This document shows positions 11,661-23,353 of a DNA stretch of 64,000 nucleotides, in pieces. This stretch comes from Chlorokybus atmophyticus. Lineage: Eukaryota; Plantae; Mesostigma and Chlorokybus algae. The position numbers and the translations under genes are program-made. Under the pieces are notes generated by a model, which saw only the letters and a program-made list of their open reading frames with translations, made no database searches and was not told where the DNA came from. Numbering within the stretch: the stretch's first letter is position 1; every line of letters begins with the position of its first letter. Location: assembly GCA_009103225.1 (NCBI GenBank), contig RHPI01001116.1, forward strand, positions 1 to 64,000. Reading direction: 5' to 3'.

Positions 11661-12590
11661 GGAGTGTATGCGGGGTGAAGGGAAAGGAGTTTGGGCGGGT
11701 CACAATAGGTCATGTTGGTGATGAATGAGAAGAGAGTGCTGCCGGCGTGAGTACGTGTGAAGATAGGTGGATGTTTAGACTCTTCTTGCGCACGTGTGCA
11801 GGCTGTTGAGGGAGTCTTGCGTTGATGAAGTATGTCTGTTTGAACACGTCCAGCACCAACGCACTGGCACAGCAAGAGCGTGGACAAGCCTGCGATGCAG
11901 CTGTTGGGTGAAAGCACAATGTTCTTAACATGACATCATATTTGCATACAACCTGCTACTTTGCTTCGTACTCCTCGGCACTGCGCATGTCCAAAGGGTA
12001 CCTTTTACGCTAACTCCCATACGCATTGGCTATTAGGAAACAAAACACTACTATGCACGAATGTACATACAATGCGCGTGGCATATGCTCATGCATACTG
12101 ACAATCACCATCCCACAAGCACACCACTCACATTTCACGCTACCACGTAGTTCACCCGTGTACAAGTGTTAACCGCCCTGGTTTTGTGTATGTACAAATA
12201 ATGCGAAACGGAAATGCACATGCATAGTGTGCTCTGCCGGGATCGCAAATGGGATCGCAAACTGTGCTTGCATGCAAACGTTATATATACTCACTGTACA
12301 TGGTATGTGCAGCGTACTGTGCTCCTCTACCTCACACGGTCATGCACACACCCTCACGAGTCTGCTTGCGTGCAAATGGACTTGTGCAAGGCCAGAATCA
12401 ACACATAATTGTTGTTGTTGTCGCACAAATCACAGCTTTGCAAGTACCAGTGATGAGGCTCCCCCATCAAGCATAGCCACACTTGTGCTCGGGAAACACA
12501 ACAGCAGGTGTTTGGCAGACAACAAGATGTACATGCACTCGACTAAGGGTGGGTGTATTATCTGATCTCGGTCATTTCTTCGTCTCTTCT

Positions 12591-14787
12591 TCAGTCCTTG
12601 CGCACCACTAGGACGATCTTCCCGAGCGTCTCACGCTTCGCCACCGTCCCGTGCGCCTCCGGCAACTCCAACCCATAGAAAAAGATGTCAAGTCGCAGCA
12701 AGATAGACTACGTGCTTCTGCGTGCGCGGGTGCGCGCGCGCGTGTAAGCACGCATGAACATCAGCACACACGCAAGCGCGCGTGTATATATCGAGCTGTG
12801 TGTGCATATCTGTGTGCATGCTGATACACCCACTCCACCCCACCCCACTCCTCACCTCCCTCCAGAAGTCCATGACCCTCGTGACCGCTGGCTTGATCCT
12901 CCCTTCCTCCACCAGCCGTCGCAGTTTTCTTGTCCAGAATCACCCCCTGCCTCGCCTGTCCCAGTCCCCCGTCACCGCCCGCAGGAACACGGACTCGAAG
13001 GTTAAACGCCTGGCGCTTGCGGAAGAGGGCGGAGACGTCCGCAGGGTTAGTGCGGTTCAGGACGCTGAGGATGCAGAGCAAGCGGGTGTTTGTTCAAATT
13101 AGTGCAGGCCTGGCATGCGAGTGTTTTCTTGCGTGTGAGAGCGCGCTCGCGTGTGTGCTCGTGCGCGTGAGCGTGCCGTGCCACACCTCACCAAACTGTA
13201 TCACTGTCGCATTTCAAAAACCACACGCACGCATCTCATCCTGCAACGTGACTGTGAAGACACTCGCTTGACAATCCCCCCGAAGGCGTTCATCGCCCCA
13301 ACAGCGTCCTCCAAGATCTCAACCGGGTTCCCCGTGTTCAGGACATGATCCGACCTGCCGTTGACGGCGTCTCGCAGCTGCGGCGCCAGAGGACGCTTGT
13401 CGTTGATCACGGAGTCGGCATCGAACTTGCGAGCGAAAGACTCGCTCTCGGGACGAGAGGCCGTCGCGACCACGTGGTAGTTGAGGACCTTTGTGTGCGT
13501 ACGTGCGTGTGCATGTTTGCAAGGGTATGTGTGCGCGCAGGTTTGCGTAGGCGTCGTATGCTTCATGCGCGCGCTCGCAAAATACAGACATGTTTGCATG
13601 CATGAAAGCGTGCTGCCTGCATGCTCACACATGACAGAAGTTGGTACATGCACACACATGCATCTCTACTGCTGTCCATATGGGTGGGGCACATGCACGT
13701 GTGTCCACAGCTACAAGTTGGCCTTACCTGCTTCATGAGTTGTATGGCGATGGGTCCCAACGCCACCAGCGCCACCGATGACAAGTCCAATCGGTTGCGG
13801 AGGGACTTCATCATCGTATTCCGGCACGGGCTTGGCTTCATATGGTTCTGAACAGAGACGGATACTAAGTCATCGTGTTGTCGTTTCAGAAAGCATTGTC
13901 GAAAGACACAGCAGGGATACAAACACTAAGTACCTGCGTGCAGCTGTTCAAAGAGCGCTTCCCATGAAGTCAGCGACACCAGAGGCAGGGGCGGCCGCCT
14001 CCTCAAAGCTGAGGTTGCTAGGCTTGTGCCCGACAATACGCTCATCTACGGCCGTGTACTCCGCATTCTGCAGCACACAGAGTGTCACACATCCCAACAT
14101 AGTGATTGTGTGTAACAACATATTCCAACTTGCTGAGCCCTGGCTTGTGGGAGTGCCGGCAAAGTAGATGTCGTCACCGCGTTGGAACTTCCTGACATCC
14201 TTGCCGACGTCCTCCACGACGCCAGCGCAGTCGTACCCCCGAGCACGCGCACCTGCTCGCCCTCGGGGGGACTGCATGCACATGTTAGTTCTTACTGATG
14301 ATGACCAGCAGAACACACACACACACACACACATCCTCTCTCTTACGGTGCCGCGCAGCATACCGTCGACGGGGTTGACGGACACGGCGTGCACACGCAC
14401 GAGGAGGTCGCGGGGGTGGAGGTGGGGGAGGGGAAGATCAACCACCTGGAGGTTGCTAGCCTTGTTCTCGCCTGCGTGCGTGTGTAAGGGATTGTTGTTG
14501 TTGTTCAGACTAGAGAGACGGAGATGAACGCGTTGCCTGAGACAGCACAATGCTTGCGTGCATGCATGCATGCACGCAACTACTACAAAGATTACGAAGG
14601 TCAGGTGAAGCCAAGTAGCATAGCACGGCCTCCATGCAAACCTGTTGTGAGCACTCGTAAAGGTTGGATGCAGACAAGTATACAGCAGGTATACTGCAAT
14701 GCCACCATATGTGCAAGCTCACACGTGCCCATGCAGACACACATGCACATGCAGGCACACAGCACCTTTGAGGACGAAGGCTTTCAT
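12591..14787 (-). pseudogene. Medium-chain dehydrogenase/reductase (zinc-type ADH-like, quinone-oxidoreductase-like), copy A, frameshifted
   Basis: MKAFVLK; RDLLVRVHAVSVNPVD; GYDCAGVVEDVG; NAEYTAVDERIVGHKPSNLSFEEAAA(LP); LPEAHGTVAKRETLGKIV. There are 1-bp indels in C/G runs at about 13990, 13755-13805 and 12930-13005. Confidence 0.85.
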
Positions 14788-16453
14788 GGTCGACGGTGGC
14801 GCCATTGCTTCACGAGACCAGGAGGAGGCGCAAGTAAAGGAGAACGCTTTGGGCTTGAGAGAAAAGCTGCGGTGGCGATGGTGCAGAGCGGCAGCCCCAC
14901 CTCCTCTGTAGGCCAGCCTGCTTCTCTGGAAAACAAGCACAACACAGCGCCACCAATGCGAGAAGCAGATGGCCTTGGACCCGCCAACTTCAACGCAAGC
15001 ATCTGAAGCCCTAGGGTTGTTCTCTGTCTCTCAGCACAACCCAAGGCTGGCCGTCTCTCTTAGGCCTGAGCTCAGGTCCGTCAAGCATCGACAGGGGCCA
15101 CGCATCCATCAAACAAAGACTCACGTACGTGATGATGTGCCCTCAAAGCTCTGCCACGAATCTGCTTGAGATGAAGGCCTGTCCTGTGCGATGTGATGGA
15201 GTCAGTCACGGTGTTGCATGGTGCTGACACAGCTTCAGACTGCAACTGGTTCGCTTATCAACCCAGCAGCGCCGGCTGCCTGTGTCCATTGTCGTGGGGC
15301 CTCTACTATACGAATGGAATATTGAAACAGACATTGCTGATTGGGACGTGCGTGTACGATAGTCATGGAGTTACATGTACATGCAGCACATGTGTTTCCA
15401 CACTTGATGCGTGCAAGCAGGCCGCACTGCCGCTCCAGCCAATGCACACCTAACGTCCACACCTTTGCCAACCGGATTGCGACATGCACGCCAGCATCAT
15501 GAGCCTGGTTGCACTACACGGGATGCTCCATCATACGTGCTGTCACAAGGCATATATGGACATGCGCACTCTGTTGCTGCATGCCACAGATGCATACATG
15601 CAACCATCCGCACACACATACCATTATACAACCATGTACGTGCGGTCCAGAACTGCAACAAGAACTAGCTCCACTGACTTACTCCAGACATGGCAGCATA
15701 GCAATGATAACGGTTGACCCGCAAGCAAGCACAGCACCTCAGCTGCTAACAGCACACTTGTCGCAGCTAGCAGGTTCTCTTGCAGTTGCGAGCTGCGCGT
15801 GCCTCTGCCATACACTGTTGCTGATTCAGCTACTGGGCACAATGGTTCGCCACGCAGCCATGGTTGACACATACTCCAGCTTGCGAACAATGAAAGCCAG
15901 GAGATGTCGCCTTCACCTGCCTTGAGACCACGACTATAAGCAGCTTTGTTTGGGTAAGCGCACGAATCTGGCATTGTGTGTCACTACCAGGCAGGCGCAT
16001 GCGTTGATTGCAAAATAAGCTTTGGTGCTGCCTCGTGCAAATGCCCATCAATGTGGTTGGTATGCAGACACTGGCACCGATGGTCCTGCTTCTTTGGCTA
16101 TGCTGTCTAGCTGTTCGTTGATGGACTTGCGCGGCAACATCAAACCAGCGTATATAAGAGAGAGTATACTACATTGTGCGTTGGACAACACATCAGTTGC
16201 CACACCACAGCAAGGGGGGACCATGCCATCGTTAGGTGACCATCGTGTTGCCTACCATCACTATCAACGCCTCCACTGCGACTAGCCATCAGCTCAAGTA
16301 ATGACTACACTAAGCAATAGTGGGCCTTACTGGTTGCCACCTTGATGACCATGGGAGGTGGATGCCAAACATCAGTTGACCATGACCGCTAAGCATAACA
16401 GTAGCAAACGTTCTGACGAGCATGAAACGAAATATACACAACACTGAAGGCTA

Positions 16454-16887
16454 TCAATGTGGTTTGGGTGCTAGTTGATGCGCGTGAGTCCTTGTGGCTT
16501 TTGCTGGCAATGGCATGTACACTAAGCGGGCTATGTGAAAGTAGATAACCAGGCCGCTGACGTCCATGACGGTGCCAATGAAGAGCATGGAAGTTGCTGT
16601 TGGGTCCAAACTGCACAGAGCAACACACGCGTTGAGCGCAACAACAGGCGGCCAGTCATCAAGAAACATTACACTGGTAGGACCAAGACAAAGCATGAGA
16701 CTGGTAATGCAATGCTGCATCAGGAACGGAATAGCCTGAAAGCCAACTTACCCGAAATGTGCGCACATTAGAGGAATCAACCCACCCAGCAGGTTGGCCC
16801 AAAAGGATACCACTGGCAGGGTTAGAAAGATTGTCAAACCAAGCTGCGTAACACAGCAATAGTAAGTCATACGCTGAAGATGTTAAA
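16454..16887 (-). pseudogene. 3' fragment (last two exons) of the MgtE transporter gene, truncated at the duplication breakpoint
   Basis: LPVVSFWANLLGGLIPLMCAHFG and LDPTATSMLFIGTVMDVSGLVIYFHIARL are nearly identical to 33512-33945; the upstream exons are absent. Confidence 0.85.
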
Positions 16888-16937
16888 GGTAGCAAAAGAC
16901 GCTACCATAGCCTAGTGGTCGGAGCCCACTTGTTACA
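16888..16937 (+). mobile_element. 3' half of a TRIM-family LTR at the duplication junction
   Basis: gctaccatagcctagtggtcggagcccacttgttaca matches the LTR 3' end gctaccatagcctagtggtcgggccccaattgttaca (for example 62036-62071) and ends in ...TTACA. Confidence 0.8.
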
Positions 16938-17986
16938 CTTGTAGAGGTCATTCGGCAATATCGGAAAGCAATTGCGGGAACATTAATGTGCTAGGGATGC
17001 TTATGAATTCGGTTGCGAGTATTGTTGCCTTGGAGATCTCTCCTCGCACGGTGGCCGTCTTCAAATGCGCTTTCTCCACAAGCGCTTTCATCTCCTTCTA
17101 AACATTGTTAACGAAAAGGAGTTCAACGTCCAATTCCTTTGCATGCTTTACTAAGTCGCAGTTGTGGCTAGCAAACGTCTCGCGATGCAGGTATTGGGTG
17201 TCAACAGGTCAGCCTGAGCCTGCACACGTGTACATACCATATGCTGTGGTTGCGAAGATTCGACCACAAGGCAATTGACGACATAGATAGCGTACTTCTG
17301 CATGCTTATTTTGTAGACCTACCTTTCTTTTGCTGGCAAGTGATTTTTCATAAACTGCACAAATCTAAGAATTGGAATTCTTGGCGTGCTTTCACCACTA
17401 TTGTCTTCTTGAGGGATGGCGTTGGCTAACATCACCCACCGTTGCAAACTTGTATTAAACCAAACAAGAACTCTAAATGCTGCAATCAGTGTGCAAGTAC
17501 ACCCTCAATGCAAACGGTCCCTCAGTGACACAACTTGTTGGGGCAACGTGTTGGCCGACTCCACGCTCTAACGCACGCACGTACGTGAAATCATCCCATC
17601 TTCACCAACACTGCGCGTGGTCAGGACTGCCTCAAAACATACAGTCACTCAAGACATAAAAACCAAAACCGCGTAGCAACACTGCATGGCCTGTTGTTCT
17701 TTGAATAGAAAATATTACGCATTTTACAACAATTGTTTTGTCCACGAATCGTCCCCCCTGATCATGCAACACCCCTCCTGCCGCTCACCACACAAAAACA
17801 CCTCGTTTGCACAACATCCCTTGACCCAACCCCACAACATACCGAGGCAACGTGCCAAAACAACTCTTTGCTCAAAGAAACAAAGTAATGAACTACATAT
17901 GTAGGCCTCAACCTGGCCCAACATCAAGGCGAGGCAATGTGCCAAACCCAACACGAACAACAACACCAAACACACTCGCTCCCCGC

Positions 17987-18941
17987 TCAGAACACTCCCC
18001 CCCTTTCCCACGTGTAGCAATCCCCTCTCGACCTCTTCCCCTTCTCCAACACCTCATCAATCCGCGCAAGATCCTCTTTGCTCAACTCGAACGCGAACGC
18101 GCGTCGGTGGTCGTCGACGTGCGCGGCGTTGCGTGCCCCGACGATCGCGGCGGCCACGACGCCAGAGGGACGCTGCAGGACCCAACGCGTTGCAACGTTC
18201 GACACGCTCGCGTTGTGACGGTCGGCCACACTTCTCAGGACACCAAGGAGATCCTGGAACCAGTCCCAGCCGCCGACCTGAGTAAGGTTGACATTCGTGA
18301 GGCGAGGCGACATTGTGGCGGGTTGCTACTGAGCATACCCAGTAGAATTATGTACATATGCACGCTGTAGAAAGAGCTGTATGCGTGCGCGCACACACGC
18401 ACGTATACAGCTCTTTCTACATGAATCAGCACGCTGCATACACTGGCGTGTGCGTATATAAGCCTGCGTGCACACTAGATCTGCTGCTTGCTGATGCTAG
18501 TAGTACATAGTATATAGTACATCAAATGAAGTCAGGCATGGCACATGCACCAACCATTGCCGCCATGAGTAAACTATGCGCACACCTGCCATACCAACGG
18601 ACTTATACCCACCACACGCACCTGGTTTATGACGGACGCGTACTTCTGCTTGCTGTACGTGTTGATGTCCTTGCGCGCCTCGGCGAAGGTCTTGCCGAGG
18701 TACTTGTCGCTGAGGAAGCCGCCGGCCACAACACCATACGGCAGCAGCTTGACGTTGTTCTCACGGCAAAAGTCCACCATGCCGTTCTCGGGACGCCGGT
18801 CCAACAGGGAGTACTGAACCTGGATTTCAAGCGAAGGATGTCAGGTGGGAACGTGGGTATGTTGTTGGTGACACAACAATGACACATACGTGCAGGTGCT
18901 CAAACATACACACGCACGCACGGACACCCCTTGTACATAAA

Positions 18942-18981
<40 letters not shown>

Positions 18982-21274
18982 GCGCGCGCACGCGCACGCA
19001 CATGTGTACACGCACGCACACAATGGATGAGCACATGTATACATGCACACACACGCACACACACACTCGCACGTATGCACGCGCACGCGCATGCACGCCT
19101 ACTTGCGCGGCTTCAATCTTCACCCCTGCATCCATCATCTCCCGCATTCGCGGCACGTCGAAGTTGGTGACGCCGATGGCGCGGATGCGGCCCTGCGCCT
19201 GCAGCGTGGACAGGTGCTTGGCGGCCGTCACGTAGTTGGGGATGGAGTAGTCCTGAGACGCACAAAGAGAGTGAGGGAGAACCAGACAGTGACGTGAAAG
19301 TACGACACAACCACAAGGTTCTGTTCCGACAGTGCACTACACTTGCATCGACAAGCGGACTCGTGTCTGCATATGCAACTGAGTGAATGCATAGTTGCAG
19401 TTATTGATACACAGTTGCTTGTATGCTGCACTCACAACATGCGGTCAACAAGCACGGCACACACACACAGTGCAGTGCGCAGCACCCTGCACGCCAAGCA
19501 AGTCAAACAACACAAACGAGTTATCCAAACACGACAACAACCAAAGCCTGTCACAAACTGCAATACAAGTAACAGACAGAAACTATGCTGCGATGGGACA
19601 CACACATCATGACACACACACACACACACACACTCTCCTTTCCTCTCACCTGCCAATAAAACTGCACCATGTCGATCCTCTCCACCCCCATCCTCTCCCT
19701 GCTCCCCTCGACCTTCCTCCTGACGAACTCGAACGTGGGGTCCGCCTGGTCCTGGCCGAACAGACACATCTTGGTGAACACCGCGACGCCGCTCTTCTTT
19801 CTCAGAGTGGATAGGTAGCGGCCGATGAGGGACTCGGAGGGGCCGTAGATGTCCGCGGTGTCGAAGGTGGTGATGCCTGGGAAGAAGGAGCGGTGTGTGT
19901 GTGTGTGTGTGTGTGTGTGAAGATGCGTGCATGCGTGCGTGCAGGCAGGGAGGGAGGGAGGTGTGTGAGATCGTGCGTGCATGTATGTGCTGCTCTGCTC
20001 AACAGTGACGTTGGTTGGACTGCAAGTCTGTCTACATAACACATGCAGTCAGCAGCAAGGACTACTACTACTGGTGCCCCATACATGTATACACCATACA
20101 TGTACACGTACGCACCCACACACGCAAGCGAGCTCACACGATCAACCCCTCTTCTCTCTCACTCTCACGCTCACTCTCACACACACTCCAACAATTCTCT
20201 CTCTCATCTCTCCCTCACCAGCCTCCACGAACTTCTCAAAGTCCTGGACCGCCTCCCTCCCCGCGGTCCTGTCCGTGTCGCGCTCCCCCCTGTGCCCGCC
20301 CGACAGCTGCCAGCAGCCCTTGACGATCGCGGAGGGGAGGAGACCCGAGGGGGAGAGGGGGAGGCCGGGGGGGACCTGCGTGTGTGGGTGGGTGGGTGGG
20401 TGGGTGGGGAGGGAGGGGGAGGGGGTGTGCACCAGCTCGTGCGTGTGCGTGTGCGTGTGCACGTGTGCTTGTGCGCTTGCGTGTGTATGTGCTTGCTATC
20501 GCGATCTGTATGTTAGCCCGTTGCCTTCGGTGCCTTGCTGCCATGCGTGCGTGCGTGCGTGCTAGTGATTGTGCTGTTGCCTGAGCCAATGTAGTGGTGA
20601 TTGGGTTCTGATTGATGGTTGCAGAAGCCAGCCATGAGCGTGCATGTGCCTGTAATTGGCACAGCGAATGCTGAAATGCTTGAGAGTCCAGCAATGAAAA
20701 GAATGCACCGGATAGCGAATAGCGTACGAACGTCTCACACGGCAGCAAAGCAGGAGCAGTCAGACAGACAAGACAGAGATGATGATGATAGTCAATGGCT
20801 CAGACACAACATGACTGTGCGGATTGGGCCATGTCAACTGCTCCACTCTCAGTAATCCTACCATCGGCAAGTTGGTGGTGGTGACGGCTGCGGACGACGA
20901 CGTGGGCGAAGCCGCCGCCGCCGCCGCCTTCGCCTCCTCCTCAGAACCAGCGGCCGCGGCGGCCATTATCGCGGCGGGCCCTATCAGCAACGCCTCTCTG
21001 CGGGTGACGCTGGTGAGGTTGTGTGGCTGTGGTTGCGGCTGTTGTGAGCGTCGTCGGTGTTGGCGTCGCTGCTGCACGCGCGGGGAGGCTGAGCTGCGGT
21101 GGTATGCTGGCTGCGGCGGCGGTGTCGTTGAGGAGGAGTATGACGACGGCAAGATCGGCCGACTACGGCTTGTGGAGCGCTGCCGTCAGGCAGGCGTGGC
21201 AGCAGCGAGCAGCACGGCGACAGTGCCCCCCCGACCGCCGCCGACGCCACCGACGCCGCCGGCCACGCGAGCAT
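17987..21274 (-). CDS. Aldo-keto reductase family protein, probably plastid-targeted; 5' end uncertain
   Basis: Exons: AIVKGCWQLSGGH; ITTFDTADIYGPSE (catalytic D/Y); VFTK; IDMVQFYW; GRIRAIGVTNF; VQYSLLDRRPE; LLPYGVVAGGFLSDKY; VATRWVL...AIVGARNAAH. Ends WERGGVF-TGA. Confidence 0.9.
18943..18978. repeat. (CA)n microsatellite, representative of many intronic CA/GT tracts (for example 1290-1316, 9672-9691, 19893-19918, 27320-27361)
   Basis: Direct reading of the sequence. Confidence 0.9.
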
Positions 21275-21989
21275 GGCCGCTGCCAGGCATGAATGAAGCG
21301 GTGCAACACATGCAAAGCGATAGCATGCATGTCGCTGAGACTGGCGAGGACACTGGGCCAAGCCAAGCCAAAACCCAGGCCTAGGCCTAGGCCTGGGCCT
21401 AGGCTTGGCCTGGCTTGGCTTGCGGAGTCACTGGCACGAACTCTGTGCAGTGGACACGTGTGCGTAGGCAGAGAAGTTGAGTTGATTGCACTGTTTGTGT
21501 GTGTGAGAAAGGCGGGGATGCGTGCGTTGGAGGTACGAGAGCGTACATTACGCGCTCGCTCACATATATAACCCGCTGTATACACGCTGCATGTTGTGTC
21601 AGCTAGCGTATTGTGTACGCTCTACAGAGTACAGTACATGCACGAACACGAACGAAGCCGATCGGCATACTGTTCCATATGCCTGGGATCAAAGGATAAT
21701 GAGCAGCGGAAGCAAAGGAGCTTGTTGGTTTTGGTGGTGGTTTTCTGGTCGTCGTTGTTGCACGTGTTTCCGCATGCAACACAACGACAACAGATTCAGG
21801 TGCCTGCTTGCTACCGCTGCTGCTCCCACCCCCTTCCCAGAGACGCGCGACACAATTGGGTTGCATAGTGAGACGACGAGTACAGTACAGTGTGTGTGCG
21901 CGTGTGAGTGCATATGTGTGAGTATCAACCAACAAGCACCACTCTGTTGTTGTTGCATGTCAGCAAAACCAACTCCCCTATCCCCAGGC

Positions 21990-23018
21990 ACAGGTAACGG
22001 GTCGTGGTGGCGTTTGCTCCAGCTGCGCCAGAGTGCGATGTCGAATGCAGACGCGGATGAAGTTGTTGCTGTGGTGGTTGTCGTCGTGGCGTGGTGTATG
22101 TTAGGGATGAGGGCGATGCCAGGAGGATAGCGGGCCTGCTCGACGCCTTGGGACAGCAAGTCAGAGGGGTGGAGGTTGTTGACAGGTTTGTGTCATACGG
22201 CCTGAACGCACTAGCACGCACGTGAACAGGCACACACGCGCGCACACATTCACGCACGCGCAGACAGACCCACACATGCGCACACACGCGCGCGCACATA
22301 CACACACTCTCCTGCACACAGCAAGAGGCTAGTAACTCATTTCTCCACATCAAACTCCTCACACAGGCTCTGCCAGCCGTCCATCCAATCCTTTATCGAC
22401 GACACCGCTCCGCTTCGTTGGTGGGGACGAGCGCGTCAACGATGCGAATCCCTTGTCAATCCCAACGACGTGGTCATCCATTGTGTGCTTCACGGACGTG
22501 CAGGCGTACAAGCAACAGCGTGGTGTGTTGATATGCGAGACACGTGCTGCTCTTCTTATTCTTGTTGTTAGTCGTGGGGGCGGAGGTCACAACAACAGCA
22601 ACAAGTGTGAACATACAACTCAATAGCGGCTTGGTGGAGGCCATGGTGGCTGCGCACTCAAACAGCAATACAAACACAACATTCTTCGAAGTGGTCATTG
22701 CTGGCATGACCATCTCAGCTGGAGACTCGATCATCAGCGGTTACCACGACTTCTACGGACACTCAACGCGAGGTACGTCGTCGCTCATGCGTCATGCGGT
22801 ATGCACCCCGATCGTAACGGGTCGTGGTGGCGTTTGCTCCAGCTGCGCCAGAGTGCGATGTCAAATGCAGACACGGATGAAGTTATTGTTGCTGTGGTGG
22901 TTGTCGTCGTGGCGTGGTGTATGTTAGGGATGAGGGCGATGCCAGGAGGATAGCGGGCCTGCTCGACGCCTTGGGACAGCAAGTCAGAGGGGTGGAGGTT
23001 GTTGACAGGTGTGTGTCA
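21990..23018 (+). pseudogene. Gene X1, copy B, with an internal duplication of its first visible exon
   Basis: Homologous to 61-915. Bases 22815-23018 repeat the ...gggtcgtggtggcgtttgctcc... exon and end at an N (23019). Confidence 0.4.
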
Positions 23019-23353
23019 NTCCCCCTGCTCCACGATCCTCCTCACCGCCTCGATGATCAACCTTTGCAATCTCCACGCCATGGATTGATGGTTTGCTGCT
23101 GCGGCGGCGGCGGCGGCGGCGGCGGCGGGCAAAGTTTTGGGATGGACAGCTCGGCGGTCGAGCTGGTCTTCCGGAAAGAGGTATGCTTTTGTTTTCACAG
23201 TCCACTGCGCTGCGTTGTGCTCGGTTGCTCTGCTTCAAACCACTGACTGCAGGCTTGTAGTTGGATACCCTCACTAGTATCACTTCGACTTGCTGTGCTG
23301 TGCTGCTGCAGCACCGCTGGTGGTGGTGGTGACTCGAGGCTTGCTGTGGATTC

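Larger units (their letters stand above)
1..16887. repeat. Segmental duplication, copy A (may extend left of the window); homologous to 21931-33945
   Basis: Base 1 (aacaagcaccactctgttg...) matches 21931 onward. Collinear homology with scattered SNPs and indels continues to ...gctgaagatgttaaa (16887 vs 33945), then stops abruptly. Confidence 0.95.

Noticed and set aside
16938-17430. Short protein-like frames next to the breakpoint
   Set aside because: They contain internal stops, have no recognisable motif and lack splice support.
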